From Piromyces finnis finn (Eukaryota > Fungi > Neocallimastigomycota): DNA of 64,000 bases. A program made the position numbers and the translations under genes. Shown here piece by piece: positions 10,420 to 22,300 of the stretch; the stretch's first letter is position 1; every line of letters begins with the position of its first letter. Location of the stretch: assembly GCA_002104945.1 (NCBI GenBank), contig MCFH01000012.1:310001-374000 (forward strand), written 5' to 3'. The notes beneath the pieces are model-generated. The model saw only the letters and a program-made list of their open reading frames with translations. It was not told the DNA's origin and did no database searches.

Positions 10420-13400
10420 TCATTTTCTAGAAGGAATTTCTATAACAAATGGTCTATACTTTGTTCGAATCATACCGTCGTTGTTTAAATTATCCATATA
10501 TTCGTTGTCTTTATTTTTTCTTAGCTTTTTGTTTCTTCTGTAAAATTCTTGGATCAATTGTCTATCTAAAATCTGATCCTCGGGAATCCATCGATTTTCA
10601 CTTGAATCAAGATATTTATAAGTAACAAGAAATGATTTCTTTTTATTATAAGTTCTTTCTTTAATAATTTTTTCTGGAATTTTTTCATTTGTATCAATAT
10701 TTAATTGGATATTTTTCCTATTATAATTATTTGTCCTATCTTTAAATTTGTTTTCAGTATACGGTTCTAATAACGAAACATGAAAGACAGGATGACAACG
10801 CAAATTGTGTGGTAATTTCAATTCAAATGCTAGGGGACTTACTTTTTTAATAATTTTAAATGGTCCTAGCATTTGATCAGACAGTTTTCTTTTAATGTTT
10901 TTTCCTGAAGGATTTATTCCTTTCAATAACCAAACTTTCATTCCAACTTCAAACTTTGGTGATTCAATTCTTATTTGATCAGCATATTTTTTATAAGTTT
11001 CTTTTGCATGATCAAGATTTTCCTTTAGAAGTTTGATATTTTTATTTATATCTAAAATTCTTTGTTCAGCTCTATTTGGTTTATTAGCTGAAGGAATATC
11101 GATATTAAATTTGGGATTAAAACCATAGTTTGCATAAAATGGGGATTGATTGATCGATTGCTGTAATGTGTTGTTATAGGCAAATTCGGCAAAAGGAAGC
11201 AAATCAACCCAATTATTTTGTTTTTCATTAATAAAACAACGGAGATATTGTTCCAATATCCCGTTCACTCTCTCCGTTTGACCATCAGTCTGTGGGTGGT
11301 TAGCAGTGGAAAACTTAAGTTTAATATTTAATAAATCACACAGACGATTCCAAAATTCAGAAGTAAACTGAGTACCACGGTCAGAAACAATTGATTCGGG
11401 GAAACCATGTAACCGAAAGATATTGTTGATAAAAACATCAGCTGCAATAGATGCAGTAGGAAGGCACCTTAAGGGAATAAAATGAGCCATTTTGGTTAGT
11501 CTATCAACAATGACCATAATGGTAGTCATATCTTTGGACTTTGGTAATTCAACAATGAAGTCCATAGATAATTCAGACCAAGTTCTATCAGGAGTAGGAA
11601 GAGGAGATAGCAACCCATATGGTCTATGTCTTGGAACTTTAGCTTTACAACAAGTTACACAGGACTTAACAAACTTTTTAACATCATCATAATATTTTGG
11701 CCACCAAAAATTTCTGCTAATTAATTCGGTAGTCTTATTAATACCAAAATGGCCAGCGGAAATAGAGTTATGATGCAACTCTAAAATTCTAGTTCTTAAA
11801 TTAGGTGGAACATAAATTAAATTATTAAATAACAAATAGCCATCAACATCGATAAAATATTTATCAATGTTTTTACATGGTGGGGACGAGGACTTATTGT
11901 TATTATTAAAGTAAGAAAAAATTTTATTGTAAAACACATCTTTTTTTTGAGAGCATAAAATGGAATTAATCAAAGTATTATCATTTTTATTAATATTATC
12001 AATTACGTTACAAGAAATTTTATTACATGAAATATTATTAAATAAATGATCACTACGTCTTGATAATAAATCAGGTTTTCCAGACTTTTTACCAGCTCTG
12101 TAAATTAGCTTAAAGTCAAAACGAGATAGGAACTCATACCATCTTATTTGTCGTTGCGATAGCATTTCAGGCTTTCTAGGGAACGTCAAATTCTTATGAT
12201 CAGTATAGATGGTAAACTGATGTCTAGCACCTTCCAAATAGTGTCTCCATTCTTCCAGAGCTACTTTGATAGCAAGCAATTCTTTATCATAGATTTGATA
12301 ATTTCTTTGAAACTTTGTTAAACTTGAAGAAATAAAAGCGACCGGATGCAATTGACCCTGAAATTCTTGTGACAAAATTGCGCCAACCGCGAAGTTACTT
12401 GCGTCAGTCTCGACAATAAATGGTTTATTACTATCAGGATTTATAAGAATAGGTGCGGAAGTAAATAATTCTTTGAGGGTATCAAATGCTTTCTGATGTT
12501 CTGAGCTCCAAGTAAAAGGAACATTTTTTCTAGTGAGTTTATGCAGCGGATTAGCTATCCTAGCAAAATCTTTAATAAAAATTCTGTAATAATTGCATAA
12601 ACCAATAAAGGATTGGACTTCTTTAACAGAAGTAGGAACAGGCCAGTCAAGAATAGCTTTCACTTTATTACTGTCCATTCTTAGGCCTTCCCTCGATAAC
12701 ACATATCCAAGAAAAGTTGTCTCAGGGACGTCGAATTCACACTTTTCTAATTTAACAAACAAATTATTATCTAATAATTTCTTTAATACTTTTTTCACGT
12801 GTACATGATGTTCTTCTAAACTATTTGAGAAAATTAAAATATCATCGATATAGGAAATAACAAAATCATCCAAATATTCACTAAGAACATCATTAATAAA
12901 ATGCTGGAAGGTAGCAGGTGCATTCTTTAACCCGAACGGCATAACAAGGTATTCAAAGTGCCCATACCTAGTTCTAAAGGCAGTTTTAAATTCATCACCT
13001 TCCTTGATTCTAACTAAGTTGTAGGCTGACCTTAAATCTAACTTAGTAAAATACTTTGCTCCTTTCACTCTATCTAATAAGTCACTGATCAAAGGAAGAG
13101 GGTATGAGTTTCTAATAGTCATGTCGTTAAGCTTCCTATAATCAACACATAGCCGTAATGAGCCATCTTTCTTTTTAACAAATAAAACTGGTGCCCCAGC
13201 AGGAGATGTAGATTTCCTAATGAAACCTTTTTCTAAATTTTCTTTAATGTAATTTTTTAGTTCATCTCTTTCTGCTTCAGTTAATGGATAAAGGGGACCA
13301 TAAAACAAATTAGAATTATCTTTTAATTTAATTTCACAATCATATTCACGATGAGGTGGTAACATATTACAATTATTTTCATTAAACACTTCTTTATAAA

Positions 13401-14346
13401 TTAAATATTGTTTTGGCACTGAGACCAATTTTTTATCTTTATTTAAGTTATTTTCATTAATTACATTTAATTTTTTCATATTAATACAATTAATACACTT
13501 AAGACAATTATTACACTTACAATTATTATTACTACAAATACTATTAAAACTCTTTTTATAATTATTACCAATACTAAAACTATCACTAATACTATTACAG
13601 TTATTACAATTTAAGTTTTTATTAAAATTCCTATAATGATAAAAATCATCATTATCACTATTATTATCAATAATAATACAAATACGAGAACGACGACCAC
13701 GAACATATTCAAAATCTTCATCAGCATCTTCAGTTACCTCCGATAATTTTCTTTTGTGAACTTGAGGATTTGTCATAATTTTGGTTTCTTGTATAGAGTT
13801 GTTCTTTTTATTAGATTTCTTCTTTTTTGATTTGTGCTTTCTTTTTCCATTATTACAATGGCGAGAACAATAATCAGAATTAAACCGAATTTTGCTCGCG
13901 TCGTGGTAGTTTTGAGGGCTATGCTTATCAATCCAAGGGATACCAAGAATGATATCGACATCTGGAATTCTAAGAGCATAGAGCTTGATAACCTCGAGAT
14001 GGTTTCGATAGCGAAGAATACACTTTTCTGTTTCACTTTCAACCACGGCTACATCACATCCCAATCCCGTAACTCTTATTGATTCCTTAACTTTTCTAGT
14101 TCCGATTTTATGTTTTTTAATAAAGTCAGGGTGAATAAAGTTAAGATCAGATCCAGAATCAATTAGTACTCTAGCTCTGACTTCATCTCCTTCATTTGAC
14201 TTAATTGAGAAGTTAAGGATATTATTTTTCTTTCTTGATAAATTTTCTCTCTTCACAATTTCATGGATTGTAGCTATGTCCATAAATTTATCTAGCTTAA
14301 TTATTCTATTCAAAGAGGCAGTATCGTTAGAATGTGAGCCTTTTTC
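10420..14346 (-). CDS. pol: Pol of A1: protease, RT, RNase H, integrase, divergent chromodomain; in frame with gag after one TAG
   Basis: LIDSGS; YIDD; [11 protein letters not shown]; H-H-C-C zinc finger; MDF...SDRG...TER; C-terminal KIPEKIIKER...WIPEDQI. The frame is open from 14346. Confidence 0.95.
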   Translation of the reverse strand, partial: EKGSHSNDTASLNRIIKLDKFMDIATIHEIVKRENLSRKKNNILNFSIKSNEGDEVRARVLIDSGSDLNFIHPDFIKKHKIGTRKVKESIRVTGLGCDVAVVESETEKCILRYRNHLEVIKLYALRIPDVDIILGIPWIDKHSPQNYHDASKIRFNSDYCSRHCNNGKRKHKSKKKKSNKKNNSIQETKIMTNPQVHKRKLSEVTEDADEDFEYVRGRRSRICIIIDNNSDNDDFYHYRNFNKNLNCNNCNSISDSFSIGNNYKKSFNSICSNNNCKCNNCLKCINCINMKKLNVINENNLNKDKKLVSVPKQYLIYKEVFNENNCNMLPPHREYDCEIKLKDNSNLFYGPLYPLTEAERDELKNYIKENLEKGFIRKSTSPAGAPVLFVKKKDGSLRLCVDYRKLNDMTIRNSYPLPLISDLLDRVKGAKYFTKLDLRSAYNLVRIKEGDEFKTAFRTRYGHFEYLVMPFGLKNAPATFQHFINDVLSEYLDDFVISYIDDILIFSNSLEEHHVHVKKVLKKLLDNNLFVKLEKCEFDVPETTFLGYVLSREGLRMDSNKVKAILDWPVPTSVKEVQSFIGLCNYYRIFIKDFARIANPLHKLTRKNVPFTWSSEHQKAFDTLKELFTSAPILINPDSNKPFIVETDASNFAVGAILSQEFQGQLHPVAFISSSLTKFQRNYQIYDKELLAIKVALEEWRHYLEGARHQFTIYTDHKNLTFPRKPEMLSQRQIRWYEFLSRFDFKLIYRAGKKSGKPDLLSRRSDHLFNNISCNKISCNVIDNINKNDNTLINSILCSQKKDVFYNKIFSYFNNNNKSSSPPCKNIDKYFIDVDGYLLFNNLIYVPPNLRTRILELHHNSISAGHFGINKTTELISRNFWWPKYYDDVKKFVKSCVTCCKAKVPRHRPYGLLSPLPTPDRTWSELSMDFIVELPKSKDMTTIMVIVDRLTKMAHFIPLRCLPTASIAADVFINNIFRLHGFPESIVSDRGTQFTSEFWNRLCDLLNIKLKFSTANHPQTDGQTERVNGILEQYLRCFINEKQNNWVDLLPFAEFAYNNTLQQSINQSPFYANYGFNPKFNIDIPSANKPNRAEQRILDINKNIKLLKENLDHAKETYKKYADQIRIESPKFEVGMKVWLLKGINPSGKNIKRKLSDQMLGPFKIIKKVSPLAFELKLPHNLRCHPVFHVSLLEPYTENKFKDRTNNYNRKNIQLNIDTNEKIPEKIIKERTYNKKKSFLVTYKYLDSSENRWIPEDQILDRQLIQEFYRRNKKLRKNKDNEYMDNLNNDGMIRTKYRPFVIEIPSRK

Positions 14347-15204
14347 CTAAATGGTTCTAACATTCATTGGCTTTCTCTTGTTAGGACAGTTGAATTGTAG
14401 GTGTCCCGGCTTCTTGCATAAAAAACAAAGACCTTTTTTCTTTTCTTCTTCATGGGAATCATTGTTCTTAACATAGTAATCCCTTTTTGGATCCGCATAG
14501 TGATGAGTATATTTATTACCACTTTTAATTCTCATAAGATCAACGTCCATAGGATCATTATCTTGATCTTTCTTGTTGCCTCTTCCTTCATTATTTTTAA
14601 AATAATGTTCGCTAATATTTATTCTTTTGGTGAGACTCTCAATATTTATAACTTCACTGTAGAGTTTATTGAGGTCATCAGGATTAGAATCGACAACAGC
14701 AAGATGTTCCCTCATTTTGTAATGTAATCCTTGAATGAACATATATATTTTAGCGGCCTCATTAAAGTTTGAGTACTGGCTAATTCTTTTAAATTCATTT
14801 ATGTACGAATAAACATTCTTGTAACTTTTTTGTTTTATTGTACATAGTTTTCCATTGGCTACAACAGTCTCACAATCTTGATCACCAAATTGTGATCTCA
14901 TTTCACGGATAAAATCATCTAAGGAGTTAAGAATTGGATTTCTTTCTCTCCTTAATATAATAGCCCATTTCAAAGCTTTGTCCTCAAAGAAGGACATAAT
15001 ATATCTAATCTTCTTGCTATCATCTGAGAAGCGGTCTGGTTCATCTTCAAAGGTTAGTTCGACTCTAGTTAGAAAACCTTCAAGATCTTTCCTATTTCCA
15101 TAAAATAGGGGTGGACTATTGATTTTCCTAAGGTTGCTATGATTTTCTGACATCTCTACGTCCTTAATAGTTAAATTTTGAAAAATTTTATTTAGATCTT
15201 CCAC
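14347..15204 (-). CDS. gag: Gag of A1 with CCHC zinc knuckle
   Basis: Capsid-like PPLFYGNRKDLEGFL and CFLCKKPGHLQFNC; lies between the leader and pol. Confidence 0.92.
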   Translation of the reverse strand: MEDLNKIFQNLTIKDVEMSENHSNLRKINSPPLFYGNRKDLEGFLTRVELTFEDEPDRFSDDSKKIRYIMSFFEDKALKWAIILRRERNPILNSLDDFIREMRSQFGDQDCETVVANGKLCTIKQKSYKNVYSYINEFKRISQYSNFNEAAKIYMFIQGLHYKMREHLAVVDSNPDDLNKLYSEVINIESLTKRINISEHYFKNNEGRGNKKDQDNDPMDVDLMRIKSGNKYTHHYADPKRDYYVKNNDSHEEEKKKGLCFLCKKPGHLQFNCPNKRKPMNVRTI

Positions 15205-15760
15205 TTTGAAAATATGGTATTAAATTTTTTTTTTTTTTTTTTTTGATCAAAATTAAGAAGCTTTTAAAAATACAAAATTTATTCTTTCTTTAATAGCTTG
15301 TCAAAAAATTCATTAATATATAAAATTTTATTTTTGTATTATCACAAAATACTCTTATAAGTTACCCTTTTTCTATTAAATTGATAATATACTATATTTA
15401 AAGACGTCGATCTGACTCTATCCTATCAAACGGTGTCGTCGAGATCTTTAATAGTATAAAATAATTAATCGAAAAAATAACTTTTGTATCAACGGTTGAG
15501 TTTTCGTTACACAAAGAGAATTCCACGAGAGAATAATTATAAAAATATCTTCTAAAGATCAAAGTAAACGTTACACAAAGGGAATTCTTCTAAATATCTA
15601 AGTAAAAAGAATTCCTAGAGTTCCAAGTAGAAAGAAAATTTCCGTAAGCTTTTAAATCACAGTAGCAGTTCCACAACTTCGGATTCACCAAAAGTTCCAG
15701 TAGTTTCAAAGATAAAATTGTTTTATTATTAAAATATAACGTGTTTTTTTAAAATAAAAG

Positions 15761-15904
15761 GTAATTGTTATTGTAAAATATTAATCTTAAAACAGATTAT
15801 ATATTTAACAATAAAACAATTAAACACACGATAAAATAAAAATAGGAGTTTCTTTTTTAAAAATTATCTTCTTTATTAATGGTTAGAAATAAAATAACAA
15901 TTAC
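15761..15904 (-). promoter_or_regulatory. Self-priming signal of A1: PBS ATAACAATTAC (15761-15771) complementary to LTR segment GTAATTGTTAT (15894-15904); TATAAAT at 15933-15939
   Basis: Perfect 11-bp inverted match directly after the LTR end; no TGG-type tRNA PBS. Confidence 0.85.
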
Positions 15905-16972
15905 ATCGATTCAATTGATAAAATTTACATGTATTTATATTTTTTCATAATTATATTCTAATATATTATTCTATTTAAATAAACATATATTTAATATAAA
16001 ATAAACAAAACTAATCTAATTAAATAATAAAATAATAAAACTAAACTAAAACTAATTCATTATACTTTTAATTTAATTTGAGTAAACTCAAAATTGAATA
16101 AAGCTCAGGTATTATCTATAAATTAATTTAATATTATCAATACTATTCTTAATATATTTCCTATTGAAATATAAACACATCTATTTTTAAAACTCAGTTA
16201 AAATTATTAAACTATTCTAAATTTAAATAAGAAAGTATATTATTATTAAACTATTCTAAAATTAAATAAAAAGTATTTAAAGTTATTATGAATATTTAAA
16301 ATATTTGAAATATTTAAATTTAATTAGGATTCTTTTGTTCCTTAAATTTAAATATTTATCTTTATTTAATTTTGACGGAATTATTATAAAATAATTTATT
16401 ATTAAATTATTCCATTGAATATTAAAAATTTCATAGTTAATTTTAATAAATATTAATTTATTATTTAATAATTAATAGTTAATTATTAAATAATCTAAAG
16501 ATATATATTATATCTTTACACTTACCGAAGAAGAATCAAAAGTACTCAAAGAGTACATTGATGAAAATCTAGCCAAAGGATTTATTCGTAAATCAAATTC
16601 TCCTGCTGGAGCACCATTATTATTTGTTTCTAAGAAGAATGGACAATTACGTCTTTGCCAAGAATATAGAGAATTAAACAAAATTACGATTCATGATTCT
16701 TATCCCTTACCGTTAATTCAAGATATACTCGAAAATTTAGGAAAAGCATCTATTTTCTCAAAATTGGATCTTAGGTCTACTTACAACTTAGTGCGTATCA
16801 AAGAAGGACATGAATACAAGACAGTTTTCACTTGTAAATTTGGACACTTCGAATACATGGTTATGCCTTTTGGACTCAAAAATGCACCTGCCGTTTTCCA
16901 ATATTTTTTAAACGATGTTCTAGATAAAACTTTTAGAAACTATGCCTTTTCTTATATTGATGAAATCATCAT

Positions 16973-18420
16973 TGTAAAATAATAAATTTAAAACATTATT
17001 TTTACAATAAAACACAAAAAAATAAAAAAATTTAAACACTAAAATTTAAATAAAAATTTTCAATTAATATTTCTTCTTAAAGGTTATTAACTAGATAATA
17101 GTCAATAACAACTACGTTTATTTAAAATTTGGAAAAAATACATGTATTTATATGTTTTTTCATTTACATTCATTTTATATATTTTTCATTCAATTATACA
17201 TATATTTAATATAAAATAAACAAAACTAATTTAATACAAATTTAAATAAATAATAAAATAATAAAACTAAACTAAAACAAATTAAATACACTTTTGATTC
17301 AATTTGAGTAAACTGCAAATTGAATACAATCCATGTATTATTTATATATTATTTTAATATTAATAATACTATTTATAATATATTTCTTATTAAAAAAACT
17401 TATTTTAAAACTACTCTAAAGTTATTAAACTTTTTGTAAAGATATAATATATATCTTTAGATTATTTAATAATTAACTATTAATTATTAAATAATAAATT
17501 AATATTTATTAAAATTAACTATGAAATTTTTAATATTCAATGGAATAATTTAATAATAAATTATTTTATAATAATTCCGTCAAAATTAAATAAAGATAAA
17601 TATTTAAATTTAAGGAACAAAAGAATCCTAATTAAATTTAAATATTTCAAATATTTTAAATATTCATAATAACTTTAAATACTTTTTATTTAATTTTAGA
17701 ATAGTTTAATAATAATATACTTTCTTATTTAAATTTAGAATAGTTTAATAATTTTAACTGAGTTTTAAAAATAGATGTGTTTATATTTCAATAGGAAATA
17801 TATTAAGAATAGTATTGATAATATTAAATTAATTTATAGATAATACCTGAGCTTTATTCAATTTTGAGTTTACTCAAATTAAATTAAAAGTATAATGAAT
17901 TAGTTTTAGTTTAGTTTTATTATTTTATTATTTAATTAGATTAGTTTTGTTTATTTTATATTAAATATATGTTTATTTAAATAGAATAATATATTAGAAT
18001 ATAATTATGAAAAAATATAAATACATGTAAATTTTATCAATTGAATCGATGTAATTGTTATTTTATTTCTAACCATTAATAAAGAAGATAATTTTTAAAA
18101 AAGAAACTCCTATTTTTATTTTATCGTGTGTTTAATTGTTTTATTGTTAAATATATAATCTGTTTTAAGATTAACATTTTACACTTTTTAAGATTTAATT
18201 TGAATATTTAAAATATTTAAATTTAATTATCCATTAATTTAAATATTTATCCAAGTTTCATTTCTTAACCTTGATATTTTAAAATTAATTATTATTTAAT
18301 TATTCCATAAAATTTATTGAATAAATTTTATAAATAATTTCCATTAAAATATCAAGATTTTTATTTAACAATTATTAATTAATTATTAAATAATTTAAAG
18401 ATATATCTCATATCTTTACA
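16973..18420 (-). mobile_element. Solo A2-type LTR inserted in E1 RT, itself interrupted at 17435
   Basis: TG...CA ends; TSD ATCAT at 16968-16972 and 18421-18425. Confidence 0.92.
17435..18183 (+). mobile_element. Solo A1 LTR (749 bp) nested in the A2-type solo LTR
   Basis: Reverse complement of 15772-16520 with about one substitution; TSD CTTTT at 17430-17434 and 18184-18188. Confidence 0.95.
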
Positions 18421-19303
18421 ATCATATTTTTTCTGATTATTCAAGTCACATTAGTCACGTTAAAGAAATTTTAAGAAGATTAAGAAAGACTGGACTCCTT
18501 GCCAAGCTTGAGAAATGTGAATTCTTTACAAAATGTATCGACTTCTTAGGACATCGCATCTCCTCAGATGGAATATTTATGAATCCTTTTAAAGTTGAAT
18601 CAATTTTAACTTGGCCTACTTCAACATCTGTCAAAGATGTTCAATCCTTTATTGGTCTTGCAAACTATTACAGATGTTTCATTCCGAACTTTGCTAGCCT
18701 TGCTCGTCCGTTACACCAATTAACTAGAAAAGATTTTAAGCTTACATGGACTCCTGAAGCGCAAAAGGCTTTCGATATTCTTAAATCCAAATTCACATCT
18801 GTCCCCATTCTTATTTATCCAAACCGTGAACTTCCTTTTATCGTGGAAACTGATTCTTCTAATTTTGCTATAGGTGCTATACTTTTCCAAAAAATGCCAA
18901 AAAGATAATCTTACTCATCCTATTGCCTTCTTTCCAAGATCTCTTCAAGGTGCCGAAAAGAATTATCCAATTTATGACAAGTCCTTGCCATCGTGTCTTC
19001 CCTCGAAAATTGGCGTCACCTTCTTAAAGGTACAACTGAACCTTTCATTATCTATTCGGACCACAGAAATTTGCTTTATCAAAAGAAACCTCAAAAGATG
19101 TCCCAACGCCTTGTTCCTTGGTCCTTATTTCTTTCTGAATTTAATTTTAAAATTCTTTATCGGTCTGGCTCTTCCAATGGTAAACCTGATGCTTTATCCT
19201 GCCGTCCTGATTACGCTTTGTCTTCCTCTCCTGATGATGCCATTCCATTCTCCGTTCTTCGTCCTGAAAATTTTTGTGATATTGTTTCTTCGGTTTCAAC
19301 CCT

Positions 19304-22300
19304 TGTAAAAGTTTTATAAATTTAAAACAGATTATAAAATTTTTACAATAAAACAACAACACAAAATAAATAAAAAAAAGAAACAAGAAAATAAATTATA
19401 TTTAAAAAATTATCTCTTTTATTAGACTTATTTAGTTATTAACTAAATAATAGTCAATAACAATTACATTGTTTTAATCAAGAAATTTTACATGTATTTA
19501 TATTTTTTGTAAATTGTATTTTAATATACTATTCTATTTAATTATACATATATTCAATATAAAATAAACAAAACTAATTTAATACTAATTTAATTAAATA
19601 ATAAAATAATAAAACTAAACTAAAACAAATTAAATACACTTTTGATTCAATTTGAGTAAACTGCAAATTGAATACAGTCCATGTATTGCCAATACTATTT
19701 ATTATATATTTGCTATTAAAAAATGCTAATTTAAAACTACGCTAAAGTTATTAAACTAATTTTAATTAAATAAAAACTTTTTAAGATTTAATTTGAATAT
19801 TTAAAATATTTAAATTTAATTATCCATTAATTTAAATATTTATCCAAATTTCATTTCTAACTTTGATATTTTAAAATTAATATTTATTTAATTATTCCAT
19901 AAAATTTATACAATAAATTTTATAAACAATTTTTTCATTAAAATATCAAAATTATTATTCAATAATTATTAATTAATTATTAAATAATTTAAAGATATAC
20001 TTTATATCTTTACAATCTCGCCCTTTAAGTCGAGCTCCTTCGAGATTATTTCTTTGAAGGAATATCAATTACAAATGGTTGATATCTATGTCTGATCATA
20101 CCATTGTTATTCCTTGTATAAACTTGATCTTGACTTTCTTTTCTAGACTTTTTATTTTTCCTATAAAATTCTTGGATCAATTGTATATCTGAAATTTGAT
20201 CTTCCGGGATCCAAGTATTTTCGTCAAGATTTTCCCATGTCATCAAGAAAGATTTCTTTCCATGATAATTTCTTTCTTGAATAATCTTATCAGGAATCCT
20301 ATCAATAGTATCAGTAGTTAACTTAATATTTTTTCTTTTATTTATTACTGATCTATTTATAAATTCATTTTCGTTATAAGGTTCTAATAACGAGACATGA
20401 AAAACAGGGTGGCAACGTAAATTATTTGGCAACTTTAATTCAAATGCTAAAGGACTTACCTTCTTGATTATTTCAAAAGGTCCGAGCATTTGATCAGCAA
20501 GTTTTCTTTTAACATTTTTGTTTGAAGGATTAATACCTTTTAATAACCAAACTTTTTTACCAACTTCGAAACTTGGGGATTCCATTCTTTTTTGGTCAGC
20601 ATACTTTTTGTAGGTTTCTTTTGCTTGATCAAGATTTTCTTTTAAAAATTTAATGTTTTCATTAATATCCAAAATTCTTTGTTCAGCTCTATTTGGTCTA
20701 TTCGCTGAAGGAATTTCAGGATTGAATTTTTGATTGAACCCATAATTAGCGAAAAACGGAGATTGGTTGATTGATTGCTGTAAAGTATTGTTATAAGCAA
20801 ATTCAGCAAAAGGTAACAAATCAACCCAATTATTCTGTTTTTCGTTAATAAAACAACGGAGATATTGTTCCAATATCCCGTTCACCCTCTCCGTTTGACC
20901 ATCAGTTTCAGGATGGTTTGCAGTAGAAAAAGCAAGTTTAATATTTAACAAATTACATAAACGATTCCAAAAGTCTGAAGTAAATTGAGTACCTCGATCA
21001 GAAATGATGGAATCAGGAAAACCATGTAATTTAAAGATATTGTTAACAAAAACATCAGCTGCTATAGAAGCAGTAGGCAGACATCTTAAAGGAATAAAAT
21101 GAGCCATTTTTGTTAACCTATCAACTACAACCATAATGGTGGTCATGTCTTTGGATTTTGGAAGCTCGACAATAAAATCCATTGACAATTCCGACCAAGC
21201 TCTATTAGGCGTGGAAAGAGGAGAAAGCAAACCATATGGTTTATGTCTTGGAACTTTAGCTTTACAACAAGTTTCACAAGACTTTATAAATTTTTTAACA
21301 TCATAACTAAATTTCGGCCACCAAAAATTTCTACTAATTAATTCAATAGTTTTATTAACACCAAAGTGACCAGCAGAAATAGAATCATGATGTAATTCTA
21401 AGACCCTAGTTCTTAATGAAGAAGGAACATAAATTAAATTATCGTAAAGTAAAAATCCTTCTTTATTGATTTTAACTTTATTAATATTCCTAATTGGAGG
21501 GGACAAAGAATTTTTATCATTTAAAAATACACAAACTTTATTATATAAATCATCATTTTTTAAAGAACATAAAATAGAATTAATTAAAGAATCATCTTTA
21601 TTAAAAGTATTAATTACATTACATGAAATAAAATTACAACTAAAATTACTACATTCAGTGTTTTTATTAATTCTATTATTATTACTATCATTACAAATGT
21701 GATCACTACGTCTGGATAACAAATCAGGTTTGCCAGACTTTTTTCCAGCCCTATATATTAACTTAAAATCAAATCTAGATAAGAATTCATACCATCTTAT
21801 CTGTCTTTGTGAGAGCATTTCAGGCTTTCTTGGGAAAGTTAAATTCTTATGATCAGTATAAATGACGAACTGATGCTTTGCACCTTCCAGATAGTGTCTC
21901 CATTCTTCGAGAGCCACTTTGATAGCGAGCAACTCTTTATCATAAATTTGATAATTTCTTTGAGACTTGGTTAAGCAAGATGAAATAAAAGCAATAGGGT
22001 GCAATTGCCCTTCAAACTCTTGTGAAAGAATTGCACCGACTGCAAAGTTACTAGCGTCAGTCTCAACAATAAAAGGTTTGTTGCTATCAGGGTTCATTAA
22101 AATAGGAGCAGAAGTAAAAGCCTTTTTAAGTATAACAAATGCATTTTGACACTCAGAAGCCCAATTAAAAGGAACATTTTTTCTAGTAAGTTTATGTAAA
22201 GGACTTGCGATTTTAGCAAAGTCTTTAATAAAAATTCTGTAATAATTGCATAATCCAATAAAAGATTGGACTTCTTTAACATTTGTAGGAACAGGCCAGT

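Larger units (their letters stand above)
9637..16520 (-). mobile_element. Full-length Ty3/Gypsy chromovirus A1; LTRs 9637-10388 and 15772-16520
   Basis: Near-identical LTRs (a T-run differs by 3 nt); TSD CTTAC at 9632-9636 and 16521-16525; PPT AAAGGGCGAGA at 10390-10400; PBS at 15761-15771. Confidence 0.97.

Noticed and set aside
10420-10470. PxVxL or PxIxIT motif identity for the PFVI(D/E)IPS tail
   Set aside because: The spacing fits neither consensus exactly; reported only as an unassigned conserved motif.
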